Below, piece after piece: positions 13,893 to 25,202 of a DNA stretch of 64,000 nt (the stretch's first letter is position 1; each line of letters starts with the position of its first letter). The notes below the pieces were generated by a model, which searched no databases, was not told where the DNA came from, and saw nothing but the letters and a program-made list of their open reading frames with translations. Source of the DNA: Octopus bimaculoides (Eukaryota); NCBI RefSeq assembly GCF_001194135.2, contig NC_068988.1:4815812-4879811 (forward strand), given 5' to 3'. The translations under genes were made by a program, and so were the position numbers.

Positions 13893-14183
13893 CATACAGG
13901 TCGACAGGAATCGTAAGAGACGTCTTACCAGACTCGCCATCCATATAACATGTATATTTCTCATTTTTGGCCACAGAATTTACTTTAAAAATATTGGCCC
14001 GACTATTTTTGAATGTTTTTAATTCGTGAGATTCACTTAGTGTAATTTGTTTCTTAACAGAGCTCCTGAGAGTAATATCGTTTCGCCGAGGAGTAGGAAA
14101 GGCTGAAATAGTGCAGTTGAAAACCGTATATTCTCCGGGATTCACGCGTTTGTTCTTAAAATCCACGATTCGAGGCTTCGTTA
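13893..14183 (-). CDS. Exon D: immunoglobulin-like domain (VTKPRIVDFKNKRVNPGEYTVFNCTISAFPTPRRNDITL...KNEKYTCYMDGESGKTSLTIPVDLY)
   Basis: ATTACAG acceptor ending at 14184 and GTGAG donor starting at 13892. Length 291 nt, phase 1-1. Ig B-strand (FNC) and F-strand (YTC) cysteines plus a P-x-P motif are present. Confidence 0.9.
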
Positions 14184-14888
14184 CTGTAATAGAAAATAAA
14201 ATTTAATTTTAATAATAGAAATATATATTGATGTAATGTCTAATTAAATCAGCTTTATTTGGCTTGACTGCTTTCATTAAAATAATATATAAAGTGATTA
14301 AATCTAAAATTTGAAAATTTGACGTAACTGTTTTGAATCTATTAGTCTGAGTTTAGAATGAATTATTGAACAGAGGTGATTCGAAATAATTTATTAGCTG
14401 TTTTTCATAAGCTATCGTGATGTTTATCAGGAAATATGGAATAATTAATCATACTTCGCACGTGTATAAAATTCATCTCAATTATTTATGCCAAATCATT
14501 TGTCGAATTATTTTATCGAATAACATTTCATATGACATAAAACGAGAGAGAAAAGAAATTGAGACTAATCTAATACACTTGAGAAATATAAATTATGTGG
14601 GTGAAGATTAACGGCCTTGACCTTTTCAGGCCTTCTATGATTAGTTAGATCAATGTGGCTGAAATTCAAGTACAACTTTTCTGGTTTGATGGCGGTCAGA
14701 GTACCAAAGGAATGAAGAATGAAGTGTTTATTACGGGATATAAATAAGGTGAACTATAATATACACTAGGAGGAAAAGCTGTAGTAGTAGTAGTAGTAGT
14801 AGTAGATTTTGTTGCTGTTGTCGAATGAACAGAGAGAAGGAACGGCCATATTCAATATAGTAGTCATCGTAATATTTGCGAACCACTG

Positions 14889-15060
14889 AGGCAGCGAGCT
14901 GGCGGAATGCTTAGCGGTATTTCCTGTCTTCACGTTCCTACTTCAAATTCCGCTGAGTTTGACTTTGCCTTTCCTTCTCTCGGAGTCGATAAATTAAGTA
15001 CCAGTTCCGTGCTGAGGTCGATCTAATCGACTGGCCCCCTCCCCCAAAATTTCGGGCTGT
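14889..15060 (+). mobile_element. tRNA-derived SINE (family 1)
   Basis: AGGCAGCGAGCTGGC...CTTCAAATTCCGCTGAGTTTGACTTTGCCTT...GTCGATAAATTAAGTACCAGTT. Confidence 0.8.
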
Positions 15061-16620
15061 TTAGCTTTTATTGAAGAAATAAATCTAACCTACTGAGATT
15101 TAAATACAAAATTTTAAGATATATATTAGAATGCAAATTCTTCAATTCTTCTACCATGTCTGGCCTCAAATTAAAATAATATTTCCAGAAAGACTAGGAC
15201 CATTCTTATATTTCAAAATTGGTATAGGTATGTAAATAGAAAATACCAATTTAAATATCATGAGATGAAATATATTTTCAACGTTATGTCTTAGTATTAT
15301 TTTATATTTTCACTTCATTTGTAATTTTCTGTTCTTCACAGATTAAGTTTATAGATTATTGTTGTTGTTGTTGCTGTTGTCGTGTAGGACCACTTCATCG
15401 GGCAGGCTTGTTTTCCAGCCGTAGCCATTCTGCGTATTTAGAATGTCTTTAAATTATTCGATGTATTATTTCTACTTAAAGGACAGCGTAATTTGAGGAC
15501 GCTGTGGATGCTATTTCTAGCTGCTCAATCAACCACGTGGATCCTACCTCAATGGTCCAGAGCTCTGTTACTTGACAGACTTTATTTACATTGGGTTATC
15601 ACAAATTGTTTTATAATTGCAGATTCTATTGTAATTCCTTTTGCCATCCACCTGCCTCCAAGCGAAACAGTAGCTGTTGCATTTACTGCATCCTAGCAAT
15701 ACCTTATGAAAATAAACTACTCTTTCGATATATGAGCACTTATCATTATAATGGCTGCAGTATTGACAATGTTGCAATTAATAAATGCAACTTTCCCACC
15801 TGCTAAGAATTTTAACCAAATTTAAACATGAAATATTATAGTTTAATACTTGATAGAGAGACAGCATTTGAAAATTTCAAACTGTATCTATATTGCCAAT
15901 AATAACATTGTATAAAGACATATTTAACTATTTTAAACTAGCTTGTGATTTTTAAGGGGATTAAATTTCGAGTCTAACGGTGTTAACAGAGCTGGAGTAT
16001 GTTGAAAAGTATTTGTGTGACATGCAAAATAACATCAATATATGTCTTAATACATGTTACCATTGGATGAAACATCGGGATTTAGTACAACTCGAATACA
16101 AGAATAAATGACCGACAATATTTATTGAAATAGATTAAAGATCTCAAGCTCAGAGAGGAAGAAATTTAAACTGGATATAATCAAGGTATCAGAACCAGAG
16201 ATTAAATTAATGAATTTGGTGGAGAGGGGAGACAACAGGAACTACACAGCCATTGTCATACTACACATTCATCATTATGTATGAACAGCTATGCGCGCGC
16301 ACCCGCGCGTGTGTGTGCGTGTGTGTTTGAAATCCATAGGTTCTCGATAACATATATATCTGGCTTTAATCTTAGGGATTGGAGATATGTCAAAAAGCTG
16401 GAGCATCGCCAAATAGAGTTTTGGAGAAATATCAATTTAATAGAACTACTTATCTTAATAGACGACGGCATAAAAGTGGTTTCCCGTAGTTAAGCATCCC
16501 TGCTATCGTGGTTGAATGGTATCTCTGTAAGTCTCAGAGCGATTGCCTTTAAGAAGACTGTGGCGAGGTTTAGTTTTCCTTGTTTGAGTGCAATTGACAA
16601 GTGTATATCTGTATACATAC

Positions 16621-16694
<74 letters not shown>

Positions 16695-16733
16695 TACTAC
16701 TACTACTACTACAACTATTATTATTATTATTGT
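16621..16733. repeat. (TTA)n/(CTA)n microsatellite
   Basis: Direct reading; this array produces the poly-Y/L/N ORFs in the track. Confidence 0.97.
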
Positions 16734-16734
16734 T

Positions 16735-16930
16735 AAGGCGGCCAGCTGGCAGAATGGTTAGTTCGCCGGGCGAAATACTCAGCGGTATTTCGCCCGTCAT
16801 AACGATGAGTCCAAGTTCTTCCGAGGAAAATTTTGACGTTCACCCTCTCGGGGTCGATAAGTTAAGTACCAGTTGAGTATTGGGATCGACGTGATCGACT
16901 GTCCCCTCCCCACAAAATCCAGGCCGTGTG
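16735..16930 (+). mobile_element. tRNA-derived SINE (family 1) directly after the (TTA)n array
   Basis: AAGGCGGCCAGCTGGCAGAATGGTTAG (A-box-like)...GGGGTCGATAAGTTAAGTACCAGTTG. Confidence 0.85.
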
Positions 16931-16932
16931 TC

Positions 16933-17575
16933 TTATTTTATGTTTGACTTTTGCTTTGCATTTGTACAAGTTGGCTCCAAGTCTCACCCACAGACCTCAA
17001 GAGACAAGTTAGAAGTTCATGTAGGTGTTATGCCTAGGGTGCCATATATTTGGTTTTGTATGTAGTGTTGTTCTAGAGAATGTTTAAGAGAACATAAGAA
17101 AATTACGAGTTTAAGAGAACATGAGAACAATTGAGATTACATAGACAGTATGTTACTTAGGATATGGGCAGTTCCCATGAGCACTATTTTTTTAATTTCT
17201 GTCATTTTAGGGTTTCCTAGTATTTGTGCAAGGTAGCAATCATCCCCTTTTGCTATCATTCCTAGGGAACCTATGACAGCAGGTATTGTTTTAGTTTTCA
17301 GGTTCCACATTTTGCTAATTTCTATTTCAAGATCTTTATATTTGCTCAGTTTTTGGTAGGTCTTGACAGATACGTTTATATCGATTGGGACAGTCATATC
17401 AATGAGGAGGCATGATTTTTGTCTGAAGTCTTTCAATATGATGACTGGCTTATTTGCATNNNNNNNNNNTGGGACAGTCATATCAATGAGGAGGCATGAT
17501 TTTTGTCTGAAGTCTTTCAATATGATGACTGGCCTATTTGCATCTATCTTTCTGTCAGTTTGAATGGTGAAGTCC

Positions 17576-17577
<2 letters not shown>
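16933..17577 (-). mobile_element. 5'-truncated R2-superfamily (R4/Dong-like) non-LTR retrotransposon: restriction-like endonuclease C-terminus plus 3' UTR
   Basis: Minus frame gives WDFTIQTDRKIDANRPVIILKDFRQKSCLLIDMTVP...KLSKYKDLEIEISKMWNLKTKTIPAVIGSLG, with the RPD...D...KxxKY REL motifs. The 3' UTR ends in ATAAAATAA. The 5' junction lies directly in a (TAA)n array. Confidence 0.85.
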
Positions 17578-17633
<56 letters not shown>

Positions 17634-17650
17634 GTATTATTATTATTATC
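17578..17650. repeat. (TTA)n microsatellite
   Basis: Direct reading. Confidence 0.97.
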
Positions 17651-17662
17651 ATTGTTGATGTT

Positions 17663-17865
17663 AAGGCGACGAGCTGGCAGATTTGTTAGCACGCTGGACG
17701 AAATGTTTTGCGGTATTTCGCCCGTCGCTACGTTCTGAGTTCAAATTCCGTCAGTCGACTTTGCCTTTCATCCTTTCGGGGTCGATAAAATAAGTACCAG
17801 TTGAAGACTGGGGTTGATGTAATCGACTCAACCCCTTGCCCGAAATTGCTGCCCTATTGGAAAAA
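17663..17865 (+). mobile_element. tRNA-derived SINE (family 1), near full length
   Basis: AAGGCGACGAGCTGGCAG...GTTCTGAGTTCAAATTCCG (B-box-like)...GACTTTGCCTTTCATCCTTTCGGGGTCGATAAAATAAGTACCAG. Confidence 0.88.
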
Positions 17866-18559
17866 TTTGAAATCATTATTATTGTTATTTACTGCGGAAT
17901 ACATCGGACGTATTTTAAAACGCTCCACGTTGGAGAAGCTTAAAACATTTATTTACACCGGTTTGGTGCTTTTTTGCATTATTTATTTTATTATAAGTTG
18001 TCAATAGAAACACCAGGATCCTGTTACTGGTTTTCTATCATTGTTTAACCCCTCGAGAAGCTATATTCGGCCCACCAAATAAGTTCGGTGAGCGATTAAT
18101 TTAATTTAATCGAACACAGCTCAAAATGGTGGAGCGCATCTTGAAAGAGTTGAGAAAAAAGAAAAATGCCCACCCCTCACGAATCTAGTGATTCCTGAAG
18201 ATTCCCCTCCCGTTCCTCCGTAACTGACAACAATACAGGAGAAGGGGAGGAGAAAAACGAGACTGTAACAGTAAAACGTAATAGTGTAGGATGTCCACAT
18301 TTTTAGAACGGTCGCCTATTCAGACCATAAGTTTGTAATCTGTACGGTCAACCTAGATAAGATGCGTAGGTCAGGACCCGGTACTGGATGTTTAACATGT
18401 CATTTCCGGCACGTAAGGCTTACAGGGATTGGGTCAACAATTTAGTTAAGCAGAAGTTGGCAGGCGGGGTCATCAACAACAGAAAGATTAGAGTAATATT
18501 GATAGGGTTTAGCAAAGAAAGAGCGTTACAAAAATAAAAAAAGGGGGAGGGGTTAGCAG

Positions 18560-19250
18560 CTAAACTGGATGAGGCTTTTGTAGTAGAATTGCAACCGACG
18601 TGCTAGCAGCGAGAATGACATTAGACCAGTTCTTCAATGCGAAGCATGAAGGTTGCATTGTCAGAGCTAAAGCGCTAAAACTAGGGGATCAAAGCTGTTC
18701 GATGGTGGAGGCGCCACGTGGTAAGAAAATCCACAATTCGGTCTTTGACGGGCCGAGACGGACACGAGCTGGGCGATTCCAGCCAGATGTGTGAGGCCTT
18801 TCGCCAGCACATTGTTCGGTTGACTCGACTCATGATTAATGTCCAGAAATGTGTAATTAAAAATTCCCTATGTCCCCAGTAAAGCAGACATTTATTTGCT
18901 ATCAATCAAGAAGTCCTGATTCACAGGTCCTATAATTATATCATACATCTGAATTTCCCCACTTCTAGATTTTAATTTAGGAAATACTCTCAGACATATA
19001 TAATTGCCCTAAATAAATTCTGCATTCTATTTCCCCAAAGAAATCTATACCATAAAATAGTGACACGGCACATGGCATCAGGATGAAAAGCAGTGACACG
19101 GCACATGGCATCAGGATGAAAAGCAGTGACACGGCACATGGCATCAGGATGAAAAGCAGTGACACGGCACATTGCATCAGGATGAAAAGCATGTGGATGA
19201 CATCGCCAGAGTTAGCCAGATTATGGCAGCCTACTTCCGACAGGCGATAT
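18560..19250 (+). mobile_element. Decayed L1/Tx1-like LINE ORF2 fragment
   Basis: LDQFFNAKHEGCIVRAKA matches the G-x-x-(I/V)-R-(S/A)-(R/K) region between endonuclease and RT in L1/Tx1 ORF2. Downstream frames are broken. Confidence 0.5.
19059..19190. repeat. 33-bp minisatellite, 4 copies (AGTGACACGGCACATGGCATCAGGATGAAAAGC)
   Basis: Copies start at 19059, 19092, 19125 and 19158; there is a single G>T difference in copy 4. Confidence 0.97.
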
Positions 19251-19257
19251 AAATACT

Positions 19258-19924
19258 GGATCTATTTCAAACCGGGGGTACCAGTTTTCATTTATGTTTT
19301 ATGTAGTGTTTTTGGTACCGAAAGACTTTCAAACTTCGTATACTTATCTATTTTGTGTTATAGAACAGAAAAAACGTAATTACCTGAAATATAGCAATAA
19401 TTTGCATATAAATGTTCATAACGTATTCCTTAACACAAAAATCAAATACAAAAATCGTTTCGATTCTTGACTCCNNNNNNNNNNNNNCCCTAACCCTAAC
19501 CCTAACCCTAACTAGACTGTTAACCCTAACCCTAACCCTAACCCTAACCCTAAAACTAACCCTAACTCTAGAATCCGAACTCTAATATTGTTACACACAT
19601 AGATACGCACAGCGTAATTTATTATATAAACAATATATGCGTATAAATTACGATTAAACCGGATGAAATAGGTCACAGGGAATAACATTCTTATGACTAG
19701 CCAGCAGTAACTCTATTCAGCTGAATAGACGTCAGTGATTGGTTGAAATTACAGAAATACGACAACTTTAACATGGAATAACTTGCGATGTACGTTTTTT
19801 TGTTAAGAAGACTAAGAGTAAAAGATGTTTTATATGACACATTCTACCAGTGTCCCAAGTTTCAAAGTGCTTCGTTAGTGTTTCGTTAAGAAAATACTGG
19901 TGCCCCCGTTTTGAAATGAGATCC
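19258..19924. mobile_element. Non-autonomous TIR DNA transposon, Merlin-like, with internal (CCCTAA)n
   Basis: Left end GGATCT-ATTTCAAACCGGGGGTACCAGTTTT; the reverse complement of the right end is GGATCTCATTTCAAAACGGGGGCACCAGTATTTT. A perfect 8-bp direct repeat TAAATACT lies at 19250-19257 and 19925-19932. GG-starting TIRs with 8-bp TSDs fit the Merlin superfamily (established); the assignment is inference. Confidence 0.85.
19488..19570. repeat. Interstitial telomere-like (CCCTAA)n tract inside the TIR element
   Basis: About ten perfect or degenerate CCCTAA units, interrupted by CTAGACTGTT; begins at an N-gap. Confidence 0.92.
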
Positions 19925-20255
19925 TAAATACTTGATGGAGAACAGAAAAAACGTAATTACCTGAAATATAGCAATAATTTGCATATAAATGTTCATAACG
20001 TATTCCTTAACACAAAAATCAAATACAAAAATCGTTTCGATTCTTGACTCCGAATTGCTAGATTAATTGCAAATAGTTTTCTCAGAAAATCGGCGTCTGT
20101 TTTACCAATAGAAAAACGTGGGATGAGTAGAATTATTTTGACACTAAGAAACCTAAGAAATCTTTGAATATTTAGATTGAATCACTTTCAGATAGTGAAA
20201 ACCCATTGAACAACGTACAAGAATAACGCAAACAACTGACAAAGTAAAACTTTAT

Positions 20256-20374
<119 letters not shown>

Positions 20375-23300
20375 TATATATTTATATGTATGTATGCGTA
20401 ATCATATGTATGTGCGCGCGCGTCATCACATGTATGTATGCTGATATTAAAAGTTAGTATATCAAACGGATCATTCATTAATTTTTGTTGAAGAACTTGG
20501 ATAATAAGATACGTTTCATCCATACATTCAGAGATGTGTAACATATATATATATATATATACGTACATATATAATAGTGTATGTGTATATGTATATACAT
20601 ATATATATTTATATAACTATATAGATATGTATGTATGTATGTATACATATAATTACAGATTATTACTGACTAATCGATGTTACTTTTGAATATCGTCGGC
20701 AATTAAAAATATATAAATAAATATTGAAGAATCCCATCATAGAGTGAGGACAAATTGCACATCCATGAGGGAAGGTAGCGAAGAAATAAATGGCTTAAAT
20801 AATTTGTTAATTAGTTATATTCAGAAAAGCGCGCGCATTGCGCGTGTGTGTAAATTCAGCGAACTGAACTATTCGAAATCTACTTATATGCATATGGTTT
20901 CACATTTAATGATCGGTGAAGCATTTTTAGAGTGAATAAAGAAACCAAGCTAATGGAAAGATCTGCACCTTCTTCGGGTGAGTGGAAGTAATCGCTGTTG
21001 TCTGTGGTTGATGTTGATATGGAACGCGCATTCGCAGCAAGTTGAGAATAAGTCGTAGGCCTAAAACAGATATTATGTCACTATTCCTACTAGACTAACC
21101 TGCCCAAACACCAAAGACAAAGCTGGATTGTAAGAAGACGATGGATTGTGTCTCCTATTATAAACAGTTACAACAGAAATAGATTTAGAAACGACCTGAT
21201 AAGCAGATTTGAGTGTACGACCTCACAATAATAATCAACAACTACCCGAGAACCGGTCAGACGAAAGGCGAAAATTATTCCATCAGAAGTAAAGAAAGAT
21301 GACATGACATACATAAAGCACAAACCACCCTAGCCTTTATAGAAATATAGCAGAATAATAAGCGAATATCGACCGTATACAGTAAGCAATACTTAGTTTG
21401 TAAGGTAATACCCCTGAAATTGACTTTAATAAAGTAGTTTATGAGTAGTACTTCTCCGAAAGTAGCAAAGAAAATCCTTTATACGATGCAGCGACTCAAT
21501 AAAATTAAAAATAAATATATCTACAATATTCCTCTTTTTAGTGGATAGTCATGTTTCAAACTCGTAATTTCACACAGACATTTCAACTGGAATAATAAAA
21601 AAAACTATTTTATCACATATACAGCAAGAAAATGAATAACCATCATCTCTCACCTACTTATCATTGACCTTAAAAGTCTTAAAATTGCAGATATATCAAG
21701 TCCATATAAATCAATGGATTGTGCCTTCTGAAGATTATATAAAAAATTGCAACAAAACCAGAAGATAGTATCCTAAAATTGTAATGGAATAACAGGGGCA
21801 AATTCTTAGTACGCATACCTTTTCCAGATACATATGTACCATACATACAACTTCCCTGTCTCAATATCACTGGGATTTGAAAGTAATTTTGAAAGCGTCC
21901 CTATAGCCTCGGGAATAGCAGTTGACAGACTTAAACAACAGAAAGACCAGAACAATGGCAAAACATGTAGGGCTATTGCAAACAACGCAGAAAATATTTT
22001 GCGCAGAAAATTTCAAAAACAAACTGAAAATTGTTTATAGTTCAACAAGATTTAACACGCTTCGATGACTGAAAATTGCAGAACAAAAAATGCGCAAACA
22101 TTATCTGCTTTCGACTTCCAATAACGTCAACAACAAAACTGTATTAAATTTTATACATCCGACATGACACTTGAAACATAAAACTCTGTTCATCGAAGGC
22201 GGTGCTGTATCAGGATCTGATAAATTAATGGCTCTAAAAATAAGTTATAATACTCAATTTGATTCAACTGATCAACTGATCTTCGCGGTCGGAAGTGAAT
22301 AAATTTTGCATTAAAGGATACATTTACTCTTGAAAAGCCAACGTGGGTAAAATACGGTAGGTCATAATTATAATGGAAAATTTATTTAGATTTGCAATAC
22401 GACATTCTTTAAAAATTTATATTGATCAAACTAATACTATTTATAATAAAACTTGTTTTATCTTAAGCATATGCTTTTATATTAAAAGTCTTCATATGCA
22501 GAAAACCCTAAAAACATTTAAACCGACAATCATAATACATCTACTTGAATGGCTTAATTCACAATTTATTGAATATGCTGAAAGAAAATATTTGTATACA
22601 TTATGTTTCATTAGAAATATATAAAACATTGTTAGTTCATGCAATAATTAGTAGCATACCTCGTTGACAATTTGGCCGGTTAAAATAACCCTCTTTACAT
22701 TCACAGGATGGTAGAGGTCCTCTTAGCCTGTGACAGTTAGAAGGATCTCTACAATAGCACTTCTGGGAACAATCCCAACCATATGTGTTAGCAGGACAAG
22801 CTTCCTCTGGAATTAGTAGAGAAAATATAACAAAATAATGCTAAAGTTAGTACGGGAGAAAAACAAACCAAAGATTTAGAAATTAGAATAATTAGGATTA
22901 ATTACAGGCAGCAAAGAACAAGTCATTAATATAAAATATATACTTATTTCATATGAAATGAATTCGACTATAAATAAAGTAAAGTGAAATCTATGCCTCT
23001 GTAATTATATTCTACTAAATACTGAGGTAAGTTTTTCGGAATATTTGGTAAGTTTTATTAGTAATATATCATTTTCACAACAATTCATTAAAAGTATAGA
23101 AGATAACTAATTGTTTTATTTTACGGGTGTTAATATAGATGTGAGAAGTTATCTTAATGCATTATATCTAGTATATTTAAGTCCGGACATAAGTGTCTAT
23201 CACCAAAGGAAAATTTTCTATTGCGTAATTGTGGCGTTGATCCTTTTCAAGAACAGATTAAGAGTATCAATAGGAAAATTTGGTAATTTTATTTGAGATT

Positions 23301-25134
23301 TCAAACATTTTGTGATCTAGTTCTCAAATATATTAAGAAACCTAATATATGTCAAGTCAAATATTTATTTGATCATGCTTGATCAGAGCTGGCTGCTTAG
23401 ATAAACAATATTATATTGGATGTTCGTATTTTATATTCCCCAAATGAAAAAAAAAGATACTGTTTATCCTAGTAGTTTATCTTTCGTGGCAGCTTACAAT
23501 TTGATAATCTCTGCACAATTCAGAATAATAGTTTCAAACACGTGCTTCATGAAATATTATCATGAAATATTATCCAAAATAACTTGGATAATATTTCATT
23601 CTTTTCTACACAACTAATTTGAGCCTCAGCTATTTTAGAAAAAAAAACAGGAAGACGCAACCCGCTTTCATTTGCTATGTCGTCAGGACTTTACTGACAT
23701 CGTTTGTTAATGTTTTGAAAGTAAACTACCTAATAACTTAGTATTATTTATCCTCAAACCCTACGCTATCAAAGCTCCAAAATCGGAAAATTAGTGGACC
23801 TTTTTACTTTTCAAAGAAGCTAAGATTTTTTATTACCAAATGATTTTTCTGCTACACGAATAATAGTTAATAAGCTACATTCGAGTAGATATATGTTTAG
23901 CATTGATATAGCATATAACTAACGTAATATGGGATCAAACTTTATAGTGTATATTTACAATGAGGTATAGGGGCTATATCTTCGTGAATATCTCGCTAGA
24001 GAATATGTAGGGATTTCAAGAGAACATCTCTGTCAGCAAAATAAAACATAACACCAAACAGAATGTTCCAAGTACATAGTGTGTTCAATTTAAACTTATA
24101 TCCAATTCAATCTTTCCCTGGACAAGTATTTAAACCATAATCAATGAAGAGGCACTTACTAAGAACGAGAATCAGAATTAAGAGTTCGCAAAAAGATAAA
24201 AGAAGATTATAACTAGCCTTATATGTCATATAACAGTGAATTCAAATTTTTATGAAATCTTTGACGGAAGATTTATTATAAGTTTACGCTGAAACGGAAG
24301 CACAACTATCAAATTAAATATAACGTCACACACACACGTACACATATAAGCTAGTAATTTACACTGTATTTATGTATGTATGTAGAGAGAGTGAGAGACA
24401 GACAGACAGACAGAAAATGAAAGAGGCGGAAAAGATTAGGAATGGCGTGAAAATTACACAATAAAACTTTTTAATTCAAACCGAAAACATTAATCTAATT
24501 AGTTGACAACAATAAAGCTGAAAAAACGTATTAGTCGTTATGGGAAGACATGTTAGTGACTTTACACAAATAATCGCCATATTCGGACTGCAAACGTGGA
24601 GCATTTTCTCGTACAGCAATATTTAAGGAGATGTTTATTACGTAGAACAGTAGTAACAAGTGCAAAAGCTTGTCTTCTTGCTAACGTCAGTTTTTATACA
24701 GATTTCATAGAACTTGTCTTTTGTGAAATGCTGTATTCCAGAGATAAAAAAGAAATCCTTTAGTGAAGTATGTGCATTATATTATTTGAAATCTGTTAAG
24801 TGGTTTAAGAAATAGATGTTCAGCGTAAAACAAAATCTCATATATTCTCAAACCTATTCGTTTTCCAAGAATGGCTTCATATAATTTCCGTGAAATAAAT
24901 GGAACAACTGAAAGTCTTCGATACATGATCTAAAATCACATCTCTGAGAAATTACATCATTTTCTAAAGGAAATATTTTTTTCTATTTAAATTCCTACCA
25001 TGCCACCAAGGATATAAAATACTAATGTATTACTGTCTTTCTTGACACATGTGTGCTTGGTGTGTGTGTGTGCTTATGTATGTGGGTGGATGTGTGAGTG
25101 TGTGTTTGTGTGAGAGCATGTATGTGTAAGAGAG

Positions 25135-25137
<3 letters not shown>

Positions 25138-25199
<62 letters not shown>
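25138..25199. repeat. (GA)n microsatellite
   Basis: Direct reading. Confidence 0.97.

Positions 25200-25202
<3 letters not shown>

Noticed and set aside
15490-15810. Faint Helitron/Pif1 helicase-like words (GGKVAFIN, ATVSLGGR) on the minus strand
   Set aside because: Too degenerate and spread over different frames to support without a profile search.
17386-17532. Direct repeat of about 63 bp on both sides of the 10-N gap within the R4-like LINE
   Set aside because: Typical unmerged contig overlap; the reading frame simply repeats across the gap.
19059-19190. 33-bp and 20-bp (58152-58233) tandem repeats considered as CRISPR-like arrays
   Set aside because: The units are head-to-tail with no unique spacers, there are no cas genes, and the context is eukaryotic.
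19488-19570. (CCCTAA)n as a true telomere or chromosome-fusion scar
   Set aside because: It is short, degenerate, single-orientation and enclosed within TIRs and a TSD, so it is part of a transposon.
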